A stretch of DNA of 64,000 nt from the NCBI GenBank assembly GCA_963724765.1, contig CAVRVY010000004.1, forward strand, positions 192,001 through 256,000, given 5' to 3'. Shown here piece after piece: positions 38,128 through 46,729 of this stretch. Position numbers and translations under genes: made by a program. Below the pieces are notes generated by a model. The model had not been told where the DNA came from. It saw nothing but the letters and a program-made list of their open reading frames with translations, and did not search any database. Origin of the DNA: an uncultured delta proteobacterium (GTDB lineage Bacteria; Desulfobacterota; Binatia; Binatales; Binataceae). Positions within the stretch are counted from its first letter, which is position 1, and each line of letters begins with the position of its first letter.

Positions 38128-38315
38128 ACGCTTCCACTTCCTTCGCGTCGCTACGACGCCAACCAACGCTACTCCTATTGCTCGGCTTTAAGCGAACGCG
38201 CAGTGCGCTCATAACGGGCGCTTGAAATATTATGTCTACATCTGTGGTACCATACCTGACCGACGCGCGTTCGTATGCAATGCCAGAAATCAAGCCTACG
38301 CGCGGAGCACCGCGC

Positions 38316-38491
38316 GAGATCCTTCGACTCCGCAGCTCTCACTCGGGATGACGCCGTGAGGCAAATTCGGTTCAGGGTGACCCTGAGCGGTAGCCGCCGT
38401 CCAGAATGACCGAAGAGGGGGACTCGCTTCGTTCAAAAATTCACCAACTCTCAGGATGCTGAAGAGACGGACTCGCGTTGCTCAGGATGAC
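38316..38491. repeat. Cluster of decayed CTCAGGATGAC-type palindromic repeats
   Basis: GAGATCCTTCG..CTCGGGATGAC, GTGACCCTGAGCG, CAGAATGAC, CTCAGGATGC, GCTCAGGATGAC. Confidence 0.65.
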
Positions 38492-38593
38492 CTGAAGGGG
38501 TGGAATAAACGGTGGCCAAGCGGTGGTATCGAAAAAACCGCTTGACCGATCCCGCGCAATTGCGATGGGATGGCGTCCAACAGGGAGGAGATC

Positions 38594-39016
38594 ATGGCGG
38601 ATTTCAAAAAGATCAACGGCGCATGCTTTTGCGGAGAGAACCAGTTCGAGTTGACCCAGCCCGCAGTGGAAATGCATCACTGTCATTGCTCGATTTGCCG
38701 GCGGCTGCAGGGCGCGGCGTTTGTCACCCTCGCGATTTTTCCCCGCGCCGGCTTTCGCTGGACCAAGGGCGGCGACCTGCAAACCTTTAGCAGCTCAGCC
38801 CAGATTCATCGCAACCGATGCAAGAACTGCGGATCCACGCTCACGGTCGATGTCGATCCGATGCCCGACGTGCTGATAGTCACCCGCGCCAGCCTGCCGG
38901 CGGACGCCGAGCCCGGATATCCGCCCGCCACTCTGCGCCACGCCTATTGGCCCGACCATGTGCCGTGGGTGGAATTGGGCGACAAGCTGCCGCGCGTTGC
39001 CGGCTTCGATAAGTAA
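38594..39016 (+). CDS. GFA/CENP-V family protein
   Basis: GACFCG, CHCSICRR, RCKNCGS; GGAGGAG RBS. Confidence 0.92.
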   Translation: MADFKKINGACFCGENQFELTQPAVEMHHCHCSICRRLQGAAFVTLAIFPRAGFRWTKGGDLQTFSSSAQIHRNRCKNCGSTLTVDVDPMPDVLIVTRASLPADAEPGYPPATLRHAYWPDHVPWVELGDKLPRVAGFDK

Positions 39017-39051
39017 GTCCGCAGCTCCGACAAACAAGGAAACCCAGCGCA

Positions 39052-39089
39052 CACCGCCGGCCTCGCCCTGACAAGCAAAGCCGGCGGTG
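39052..39089. terminator. Hairpin between convergent GFA and uvrB genes
   Basis: CACCGCCGGC...GCCGGCGGTG inverted repeat. Confidence 0.55.
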
Positions 39090-39099
39090 CGACGTGTAA

Positions 39100-41358
39100 C
39101 TACTTGGGCTGGTCGGGGACGATCTTCAGGCTGCCCTGACGCGGCGCTGGCGCGGCGGCGCCGCTAGCGCCAGTTCCGCGGCCGCGGCCTTTGCCCCGTC
39201 CGCGCGGCAGCAATGATGGCTTCTCGCTCGCGTCTTTTACCTTGTGACGCTCGGCGCGCCCGCGCGCCGCCTCGCCTGCATGCTGATGTGCCGAGCCGGG
39301 CGGCTGCGGCGGGGCGGCCGCGGTCTCGCGCTTCTGGTCGAGTCCGAAGACCTGGCGCTCGAGGCGCTTGATCCGATCGCGCAGTTCGGCGGCGCGTTCG
39401 TATTCTAGTCGCTCCGCCGCTTCCATCATCTCCTGCCGAAGTCCCGTGATGCGGTCGGGCAGTTCGTGCGCCGCAATCAGTTCCGTGTCGGGCGGCGCGT
39501 CGTCGACCTCCGGCACCACGGCCCATTCGGGCGAATACATCTCGACCAGCGAGGCGTCGATCGCCTTCACGATCGACTGCGGCGTGATCCCGTGCTCCTC
39601 GTTATAAGCGACCTGCCGGGCGCGGCGGCGGTTGGTCTCCTCGATCGCCTTGCGCATCGAGTCGGTCATCGTGTCGGCGTACATGATGACCTTGCCCTCG
39701 ACGTTGCGCGCGGCGCGGCCGATGGTCTGGATGAGCGAGCGGGCCGAGCGCAGGTAGCCCTCCTTGTCGGCGTCAAGGATCGCGACCAGCGAAACCTCGG
39801 GCAGGTCGAGTCCCTCGCGCAGCAGGTTGATGCCGACCAGGACGTCGAACTCGCCCTTGCGCAGGCTCCGGATGATCTCGACGCGCTCGATGGTCTCGAT
39901 GTCCGAGTGCAGGTAGCGCACGCGCACGCCGAGGTCGTGGTAGTAGTCGGTCAGGTCCTCGGCCATCTTCTTGGTCAGGCAGGTGACGAGCACGCGCTCG
40001 CCGGCCTCGACCCGCTTGCGGATTTCGCCCAGCAGATCATCGACCTGTGTGCCCGCCTTGCGCACCTCGATCTCGGGATCGATTAGCCCGGTGGGACGGA
40101 TGAGCTGTTCGACCACCAGGCCGCCCGAGCTTTTGAGCTCGTAGTCGCCCGGCGTGGCCGAGACGTAAACCACCTGGCGCGCCAGCCCTTCCCATTCCTC
40201 GAAGTTGAGCGGGCGGTTGTCGAGCGCCGAGGGCAGGCGGAAGCCGAACTCGACCAGGGTCTGCTTGCGCGAGCGGTCGCCGCGGTACATCCCGCCAAGC
40301 TGCGGGACAGTGACGTGGCTCTCGTCGACGAACATCAGGAAGTCGCGCGGAAAGTAGTCGAGCAGCGTCGGTGGCGGCTGGCCGGGTGCGCGGCCCGTAA
40401 GATGGCGCGAGTAGTTTTCGATCCCCGGGCAAAAGCCCATCTCGGCCAGCAGTTCGAGGTCGTACATCGTGCGCTGCTCCAGGCGCTGGGCCTCGAGCAA
40501 TCGATTCTCGCTGCGGAAGAGCTCCAGCCGCTCCTTGAGCTCGCTGCGGATGTTGCGCACCGCCTCCTCCATCCGGTCCTCGGTAGTCACGTAGTGCGAG
40601 GCCGGATAGATGCATACGCTCTGGAGTTTGCGAATCACTTTGCCGCGCAGCGGATCGATCTCGTACAGCGCCTCGACCTGGTCGCCGAAGAACTCGACGC
40701 GCACCGCGCGGCTTTCTTCGTAGGCCGGGAAGACCTCGACGATATCGCCGCGCACCCGGAAAGTGCCGCGATGGAAGTCGTAGTCATTGCGCTGGTACTG
40801 GATGTCGACCAGCTTGCGCAGCACGCGGTCGCGTTCGATGGTCTGGCCTTCTTCGAGAAACGCCAGCATCTCGAAGTAGACCTCCGGCTCGCCCAGGCCG
40901 TAGATGCACGAGACCGAGGCGACGATCAGGACGTCGTTGCGCTCAAGCAGGGCCTTGGTGGCCGAGTGGCGCAGCTTGTCGATCTCGTCGTTGATGCTGG
41001 CGTCCTTCTCGATGTACGTATCGGTCGAGGGAACGTAGGCCTCGGGCTGGTAGTAGTCGTAGTAGGAGACGAAATAGCGGACAGCGTTGTCCGGGAACAG
41101 GCTCTTGAACTCGTTGTAGAGCTGGGCGGCGAGCGTCTTGTTGGGCGCGATCACCAGCGTGGGCTTGTTCACGTTGGCCACCACGTTGGCCATCGTGAAG
41201 GTCTTGCCTGAGCCGGTGACGCCGAGCAGCACCTGCTGATGCACGCCGTCGCGCACGTTGCGGGTCAGCGCCTCGATCGCGGCGGGCTGATCGCCCTCCG
41301 GACGATAGCCGGAGACCAGCCGAAAGATTCCTTCTTTACCGCGCGCCAACGAAAGCAC
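39100..41358 (-). CDS. uvrB: Excinuclease ABC subunit B
   Basis: [44 protein letters not shown] domain. Confidence 0.98.
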   Translation of the reverse strand: MLSLARGKEGIFRLVSGYRPEGDQPAAIEALTRNVRDGVHQQVLLGVTGSGKTFTMANVVANVNKPTLVIAPNKTLAAQLYNEFKSLFPDNAVRYFVSYYDYYQPEAYVPSTDTYIEKDASINDEIDKLRHSATKALLERNDVLIVASVSCIYGLGEPEVYFEMLAFLEEGQTIERDRVLRKLVDIQYQRNDYDFHRGTFRVRGDIVEVFPAYEESRAVRVEFFGDQVEALYEIDPLRGKVIRKLQSVCIYPASHYVTTEDRMEEAVRNIRSELKERLELFRSENRLLEAQRLEQRTMYDLELLAEMGFCPGIENYSRHLTGRAPGQPPPTLLDYFPRDFLMFVDESHVTVPQLGGMYRGDRSRKQTLVEFGFRLPSALDNRPLNFEEWEGLARQVVYVSATPGDYELKSSGGLVVEQLIRPTGLIDPEIEVRKAGTQVDDLLGEIRKRVEAGERVLVTCLTKKMAEDLTDYYHDLGVRVRYLHSDIETIERVEIIRSLRKGEFDVLVGINLLREGLDLPEVSLVAILDADKEGYLRSARSLIQTIGRAARNVEGKVIMYADTMTDSMRKAIEETNRRRARQVAYNEEHGITPQSIVKAIDASLVEMYSPEWAVVPEVDDAPPDTELIAAHELPDRITGLRQEMMEAAERLEYERAAELRDRIKRLERQVFGLDQKRETAAAPPQPPGSAHQHAGEAARGRAERHKVKDASEKPSLLPRGRGKGRGRGTGASGAAAPAPRQGSLKIVPDQPK

Positions 41359-41703
41359 AATACAAGTTTAGCAGGCTCGCTTGGTCGCCCGCGACCCCGG
41401 ATTCGATAGCTCGCATGAGGACGGATCCACACAGGCTACTATGCGCTGCACGCCGCAGCCCGTGCCAGAAGGGTCTTGCAGCGCTACAAATTATTGCAAT
41501 GGTCCCAAAAAACTACATATAGTTCTACCGGCGTAGCAATTAGGGTTGTCAACTCTATGCTTGGTTGGCGCCCGCCAAATGGCCCATAGCTGCGGCGGAT
41601 TTGTGTGTAGCGGTTCCCGCTGTGCTCAGCCGATTCGCTGAGCGGAATTGGCGTGACCGATTGCATCGCGCTTCGGCGCCCGGGCGAGATAAAGGAAAGG
41701 TGC

Positions 41704-42369
41704 ATGATAGGACGAAGACGAGGGAAGGGGCTCTGGGTGCTGTGGACTGCGGCTGCGATTACATTCGCCGGTTGCGGCATGACCACGGAGCAGAGGGATT
41801 ACACCATCTATGGTGCCGTGGCCGGTGCCGCAGTCGGCGGTGGTATCGGTGGCGGTGTATTTGCTGCCGATAACCACGATAATTGGCCCGCGATTCCGGC
41901 CGGCATCGTCGGTGGTGCAATCATCGGTGGAATTATCGGCTACCTGATAGCGCCTCCACCCCCACCGCCGCCTCCGCCGCCACCTCCTCCGCCCCCACCT
42001 CCTCCGCCGCCACCTCCTCCGCCGGCGCCAGAGAAGATAATCCTGCGTGGCGTCCACTTTGATTTCGACAAGTCAAACATCCGTCCGCAGGATGCGGCCG
42101 TACTCAATGAGGCCGCGGAAACCCTGAAGTCGCACTCGAACGTGACGGTCAACGTCAATGGCTATTGCGACGCGATCGGCTCGGTCAGGTACAACCTGCG
42201 GCTCTCCGAGCGCCGGTCAGACGCAGTCGTGAAGTATCTGGCCGACCATGGCGTGGCGGAAGGCCGCCTGAGCCCGCACGGCTATGGGAAGACGGACTTC
42301 GTCGCCACCAACAAGACCGCCGAAGGACGCGCCCAGAACCGCCGGGTCGAACTGGTGCCGAGCCAGTGA
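41704..42369 (+). CDS. OmpA-family lipoprotein with glycine zipper and 24-Pro linker
   Basis: Lipobox FAGC, Gly-zipper, (P)24, then OmpA_C (VHFDFDKS, YNLRLSERR, GRAQNRRVE). Confidence 0.92.
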   Translation: MIGRRRGKGLWVLWTAAAITFAGCGMTTEQRDYTIYGAVAGAAVGGGIGGGVFAADNHDNWPAIPAGIVGGAIIGGIIGYLIAPPPPPPPPPPPPPPPPPPPPPPPPAPEKIILRGVHFDFDKSNIRPQDAAVLNEAAETLKSHSNVTVNVNGYCDAIGSVRYNLRLSERRSDAVVKYLADHGVAEGRLSPHGYGKTDFVATNKTAEGRAQNRRVELVPSQ

Positions 42370-42406
42370 AGCCTGTCAGTAAGGTCTGATAGTCGAGCTC
42401 TGAATG

Positions 42407-42439
42407 CGGCAGCAGCCCCCGTCACGGGGGCTGCTGCCG
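42407..42439. terminator. 15-bp perfect stem-loop after the OmpA gene
   Basis: CGGCAGCAGCCCCCG-TCA-CGGGGGCTGCTGCCG. Confidence 0.7.
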
Positions 42440-42546
42440 TGCTAGCAGATTGCATCCTGCCTCTGAAACTCTGTCGTGCCCGCCTCTTTACACGGCTAGA
42501 TAAAGGTTAATAATGCAGTGAAAGGAACGACTTCCCGGGGGAAGCT

Positions 42547-43428
42547 ATGAGTTACGTCAGGCAGGGTGGAAGCAGGCTGAGTGGAATGGCGGCGGGATTT
42601 GTTCTGTTGGGATTGGCTGCGCTTCCAATCACCGGATGCTCACAATTGACTAACCAGTCGGCAGATGAGGTGGCTGCATCCTCACTGTCTGGCTCTTCGA
42701 TGAAGGTGCAAGGCACCGTACCTGCGGGAGCCTCGACGAGCGCCGACGCCGCCAGCGTCCCGGCCGCGCCTGACGCGCAGGCCGCCGCTCCAAACGTGGC
42801 CGCGGCGGCCGCCGTTCCCGCGCCGACAATTCCTCCCGTGACCTCTCCTACGACCCCTGCCCTTGCGGCCGCCGCGCCGTTGGCTGCCGTTTTGCCGCCG
42901 AACCTCGGGCAGGCAAGTCCCAAGGCCACCGCTGTCATCGCAAGCACTGGCCCTACGGCACTGAACGTCGCCGGCGGCGGCAGTCCAGCCGTGGGTGTCG
43001 CGAGCACCGGCACTCCGGTCCTGAAAGGATTGAGCGGCAGCGGGATGCAGGGCACGGCGCAAACGCTCAACCCGGTCATGATGCGGGCGCTCAAGCAGTT
43101 CCAAGTCGCCAGCGCTGCCTTTCCTGGTTTCTGCCGCGACTGGGCGCACAAGCTGAGCGTGCGCGAGCACGACAACCTGGGGAACATCAAGTGGGTGATG
43201 CACGACGGATCCGAGACTGGAAACTATGTCGGCTACAGCCCGATCGACTCTTGCACCTGCAAAGAGGCGAGCAACGGAGTTGCAGTCGGCATACTCACCT
43301 ACAAGGAATTTGACTACACGCTGACCGGCAAGAGCGTCGAGGAAGCGAAGCATGCGACGCCGCACGCGACCGCGGTAGTCCCGACGCGCGAGATCTTCGC
43401 CTACGAGAAGGGCAAGTGGTTCTGGTAA
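42547..43428 (+). CDS. Hypothetical lipoprotein (Ala/Pro linker plus small C-terminal domain)
   Basis: Lipobox ITGC; low-complexity N half; C-terminal domain ends REIFAYEKGKWFW. Confidence 0.75.
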   Translation: MSYVRQGGSRLSGMAAGFVLLGLAALPITGCSQLTNQSADEVAASSLSGSSMKVQGTVPAGASTSADAASVPAAPDAQAAAPNVAAAAAVPAPTIPPVTSPTTPALAAAAPLAAVLPPNLGQASPKATAVIASTGPTALNVAGGGSPAVGVASTGTPVLKGLSGSGMQGTAQTLNPVMMRALKQFQVASAAFPGFCRDWAHKLSVREHDNLGNIKWVMHDGSETGNYVGYSPIDSCTCKEASNGVAVGILTYKEFDYTLTGKSVEEAKHATPHATAVVPTREIFAYEKGKWFW

Positions 43429-43434
43429 GCCGGC

Positions 43435-43689
43435 GTGGCTGAAGTAGCCGGGATCCTGTTCTGCACGTTCATCATCGCGCAGGATGGATTTTGCTATACG
43501 GCACGCATGTCCGCTGGACTGTATTGGTTGACCCGCCACGAGAGGCCCGGTCCTTCTACTCGCTACTCGCAAGCAGCCGTGAGATGGTACTTCGGACCTC
43601 GCGCCGTGATCCTGTGGACCTACCTTCTTCTGGGATTGCTCTTTGCCTCGACGGGGCTGTTCGGACCTTGTAACGGTTACCAGCACTAG
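43435..43689 (+). CDS. Small hypothetical membrane protein
   Basis: 84-aa ORF with hydrophobic segments and no family motif. Confidence 0.35.
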   Translation: MAEVAGILFCTFIIAQDGFCYTARMSAGLYWLTRHERPGPSTRYSQAAVRWYFGPRAVILWTYLLLGLLFASTGLFGPCNGYQH

Positions 43690-43715
43690 TGCCAATTCAG
43701 GCGCGCATCCCAGAT

Positions 43716-43934
43716 ATGGAAAAGATCAAAGTGATCCACGATGCCGTTGGACACACTCTCACGGTCTGGCTCGACGAACCCGCCAAAGAGAGCGTCTGCG
43801 AGGAGACGGCCGACGAGGTCGTGTTGATGAAGGACGTGGGCGGCCCGGTCATCGGCTTCGAGTTACTGGACTATCACCCTGCCCACGGCGAAGCCGTTAT
43901 CGCTGTCGAGACCGTGGTCCGTTCCGAACCCTAG
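43716..43934 (+). CDS. DUF2283-family protein (putative antitoxin)
   Basis: KVIHDAVGHTLTVWLDEP..E..CEETADEVVLMKD..G.VIGFE pattern. Confidence 0.7.
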   Translation: MEKIKVIHDAVGHTLTVWLDEPAKESVCEETADEVVLMKDVGGPVIGFELLDYHPAHGEAVIAVETVVRSEP

Positions 43935-43955
43935 CTTTGCCCGGTGGCGCGCTGC

Positions 43956-45179
43956 TCAGTTCAGGTCCTTGCTCGAGTACTCCAGGATCCGCCGCGCCAC
44001 GATGATCATGTTGATCTGCTGGGTGCCCTCGAAGATGTCGTTGATCTTCGCGTCGCGCATCCACTTCTCGACCAGGTTGCGGCGCGAGTAGCCGAGCGGC
44101 CCCAGCAATTCGACCGCCTTCTGCGTGATCAGCGTGACCGCGAGGCCCGCCTTGGCCTTGGCCATCGAGGCCTCCAGGCTGTTGCGCATTCCCATGTCGA
44201 GCATCCATGCCGCGCGCCAGGTGAGCAGGCGCGCCGCCTTGAGCTGGACTTCCACCTCCATGAAATCGCGCTCGACCGCGCTCAACCGCCGCGGCGAGAG
44301 CCCATAGCGAATTTCGACCTTCTGCTCGGCGAGGAAGTCGCGCACGAAATCGAGCGCCGCGCGTCCCACGCCAATCGCCATAGCCGCCACGATCGGACGG
44401 GTCGCATCGAACGTCGCCATCACGTCCTTGAAACCGCCGCCGTCGCGACTGACCTCGGCGCTGCCGAGCAGGTGGTCGGCCGGAACGCGGCAGTTGTCGA
44501 AAACCAGCGCCGCGGTGTCGCTCACCCGGATCCCGAGCTTCTTTTCCAGCCGCGCGACCGACATCCCGGGCGTGCCGTGCTCGACCACGAAGGGCTTTAT
44601 GCCGGGGCGGCCGGCGCTCTTGTCGACCGTCGCCCAGACCACCACGAAGCCCTCGGATTTCTCCACCGCCATCCAGCCCGAGGTGCAGAAAATCTTGTTG
44701 CCGTTGAGCACCCAGTGATCGCCGTCGCGGGTCGCGGTGGTGGTGATCGCGGCTGAATCCGAACCGCATCCGGGCTCGGTGATAGCCATCGCGCCCCATT
44801 TCGGTTTGCCGCCGCGAAACGGCGCGAGAAACCGCTGCTTCTGCTCAGGGGTGCCGGCCGCCATCACCGCCGCTCCGCCCAGTCCGGCATTGGGAATCGA
44901 CAGGAAGAGCCCGGCGTCGCCCCAGCACAGTTCCTCGGTGGTGGCGACGGTGTATACGTTGCGCATCTTCACGGCGCCCTGCCCGCTCGCGTCGCCGCCA
45001 GCCATCGGATCGCCGCCGGGCGCGGTGCTCGCGGCCCACATCGCGTTGAGGAAGTCCCACGGCTTGTCGTGCTCGCGCTCGTCGTATTCGCGCGAGATCG
45101 GCCGCATCATCTGTTCGGCCACGGTGTGGAAAAGCTCGATACGTTTTTGGGTCTGCGGGTCGATTTCGAAATCGATCAT
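43956..45179 (-). CDS. Acyl-CoA dehydrogenase (FadE23-like)
   Basis: AITEPGCGSD, NGNKIF, KLGIR, DIFEGTQQI with catalytic Glu. Confidence 0.93.
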   Translation of the reverse strand: MIDFEIDPQTQKRIELFHTVAEQMMRPISREYDEREHDKPWDFLNAMWAASTAPGGDPMAGGDASGQGAVKMRNVYTVATTEELCWGDAGLFLSIPNAGLGGAAVMAAGTPEQKQRFLAPFRGGKPKWGAMAITEPGCGSDSAAITTTATRDGDHWVLNGNKIFCTSGWMAVEKSEGFVVVWATVDKSAGRPGIKPFVVEHGTPGMSVARLEKKLGIRVSDTAALVFDNCRVPADHLLGSAEVSRDGGGFKDVMATFDATRPIVAAMAIGVGRAALDFVRDFLAEQKVEIRYGLSPRRLSAVERDFMEVEVQLKAARLLTWRAAWMLDMGMRNSLEASMAKAKAGLAVTLITQKAVELLGPLGYSRRNLVEKWMRDAKINDIFEGTQQINMIIVARRILEYSSKDLN

Positions 45180-45248
45180 GTTATTTGGCTCCGCGTGAAT
45201 TGTCTCCGCACTTGGCTCAAGCGGCTTAAGCTCAAAGTGCCGCGATAC

Positions 45249-46349
45249 TTAGACTGTGGCGAGCCCCTCAAGCGCGGAAAAGCCGCGCGCGTTGCGCAGC
45301 CACATCTCGACCGGATGCTCGCGGATGTAGCCGTGGCCGCCGAGCACCTGGACCGCGTTGTCAGTGACCTTGAGCGCCGAGGCTGCGATATAGTTGCGCG
45401 CGAGGTAGCTCTCCTTGTGCGCGTCCGCGCCGCGGTCGAGATGCCATGCGGCCTCCCATACCAGCAGTCGCGCCGCGTCGATCTCGATCGCCATGTCGGC
45501 CAGCATGAAGGCGACCGCCTGCTTGCTCGCGATCGGCACTCCGAAAGCTTTGCGCTCCTTGGCGTAATCGCGCGCGTAGTCAAAGGCGGCGTGCGCCACC
45601 CCGACGCCCATCGCCGCCATCGCGACCCGCGACTGGCTCATCGCGCGCCTGAAATTGGCTCCGCCCTCGGCGCCCAGATGTGCCTCGGCCCCGACGCGGC
45701 ATCCCTTGAGTTCGACCGCGAAGGTCTCGAGCGCCTTGAGCCCCATGTTTTTCTCGCGCTCGCCGACGCTCAGTCCCGGCGAGTCGCGCGCGAGCAAAAA
45801 GCCGTCGACACGGTCGTAGTTTGCGCTCGCCGCCCACACCAGCAGCGTGTCTGACGCGGCGGCCAGCGCGACCATGCACTTGACGCCGTCGAGCACGAAA
45901 CTGTTGCCGTCGCGGCGCGCCACGGTCGTCATCGCCGCCGGATCGAAATCCCATCGCGGCTCCATCAGTGCCGCGCTCGCGGCGGCGAAGCTTGGGCCGG
46001 TGAAGCGCTTGAGATAGCGCTGGCGCTGCTCGTCGGTCCCCATCTCGAGCACCGGGAAGGCCAGCAGGCGCGGCGCCAGCACGTGGGCCGCGATCGCGAG
46101 GTCGCCGTAGGCGAGTTCCTCGGCGATTATGGCGCCGGTCGTCGCCAGGCGGGTGTCGCCGTTGCCGCCGAGGCTCTCGGGAATCGGCCCCTGCACCAGC
46201 CCCAGTTGCCAAGCCTGCGCGACCAGCGCCGCCGGAATCTCGCCGCTCTCGTCGGCGGGCCGTGCCGCGGGACGAATCTGCTCGCGGGCGAACGCGCCGA
46301 CGGTGTCGCGGATCATCTGTTGTTCTTCGCTTAAATCGAAGCTCAGCAT
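45249..46349 (-). CDS. Acyl-CoA dehydrogenase (FadE24-like partner)
   Basis: ALMEP, RKAFGVPIASKQAVAF, QVLGGHGYIREHPVE; short C-terminus ending LEGLATV. Confidence 0.9.
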   Translation of the reverse strand: MLSFDLSEEQQMIRDTVGAFAREQIRPAARPADESGEIPAALVAQAWQLGLVQGPIPESLGGNGDTRLATTGAIIAEELAYGDLAIAAHVLAPRLLAFPVLEMGTDEQRQRYLKRFTGPSFAAASAALMEPRWDFDPAAMTTVARRDGNSFVLDGVKCMVALAAASDTLLVWAASANYDRVDGFLLARDSPGLSVGEREKNMGLKALETFAVELKGCRVGAEAHLGAEGGANFRRAMSQSRVAMAAMGVGVAHAAFDYARDYAKERKAFGVPIASKQAVAFMLADMAIEIDAARLLVWEAAWHLDRGADAHKESYLARNYIAASALKVTDNAVQVLGGHGYIREHPVEMWLRNARGFSALEGLATV

Positions 46350-46516
46350 GGTCGATTCAAACCGGTTCCATTTGAATTGCGCCGCGCGCGCGGGAAGTCA
46401 CAATGCCCAATGCCGGCGGGCTCGCGACGCGGCAGTCATGTCCGCAATACTAGCTTCGCGCACGCGATAACGCATCCGCAGTGCCGCCCGCTTCGGGACC
46501 TCACGAGCCGCGCCAG

Positions 46517-46678
46517 TCAGGCGCCGCTCTCCTCCTCTTCGCGCCGCAGTCGTTCGCGTTCGCGGGCGCGCCGGTACGTCGTCGGCGGTTCCTCCACCTT
46601 GGTCGGTGGCGGCACGGGCTTGCGCACCTTGCTCGACGGCGACTTGCGCTTGCGCCGGATCGGCTTGCGCGATCGCAT
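46517..46678 (-). CDS. Small basic protein, 53 aa
   Basis: Below the ORF-track cutoff: MRSRKPIRRKRKSPSSKVRKPVPPPTKVEEPPTTYRRARERERLRREEEESGA; TAGTAT -10-like box just upstream. Confidence 0.6.
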   Translation of the reverse strand: MRSRKPIRRKRKSPSSKVRKPVPPPTKVEEPPTTYRRARERERLRREEEESGA

Positions 46679-46729
46679 GCTCCGCAATACTAATCCGAGA
46701 ATCGAGTAAAGCCAGCCCGGAAAGTAGCG

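Larger units (their letters stand above)
35626..38240 (+). repeat. Seven directly repeated 28-bp dif-like sites (N11-GAAATA-YYATGTN5)
   Basis: Sites at 35626-35653, 35988-36015, 36562-36589, 37165-37192, 37410-37437, 37646-37673, 38213-38240. Confidence 0.75.

Noticed and set aside
35626-38240. CRISPR array or classical integron
   Set aside because: Spacing is 236-603 bp and gene-sized, there are no cas genes, no RYYYAAC...GTTRRRY attC hairpins at the boundaries, and no integrase in the window.
41649-41665. Sigma-54 promoter before the OmpA gene
   Set aside because: GG-to-GC spacing is 11 nt, not the strict 10.
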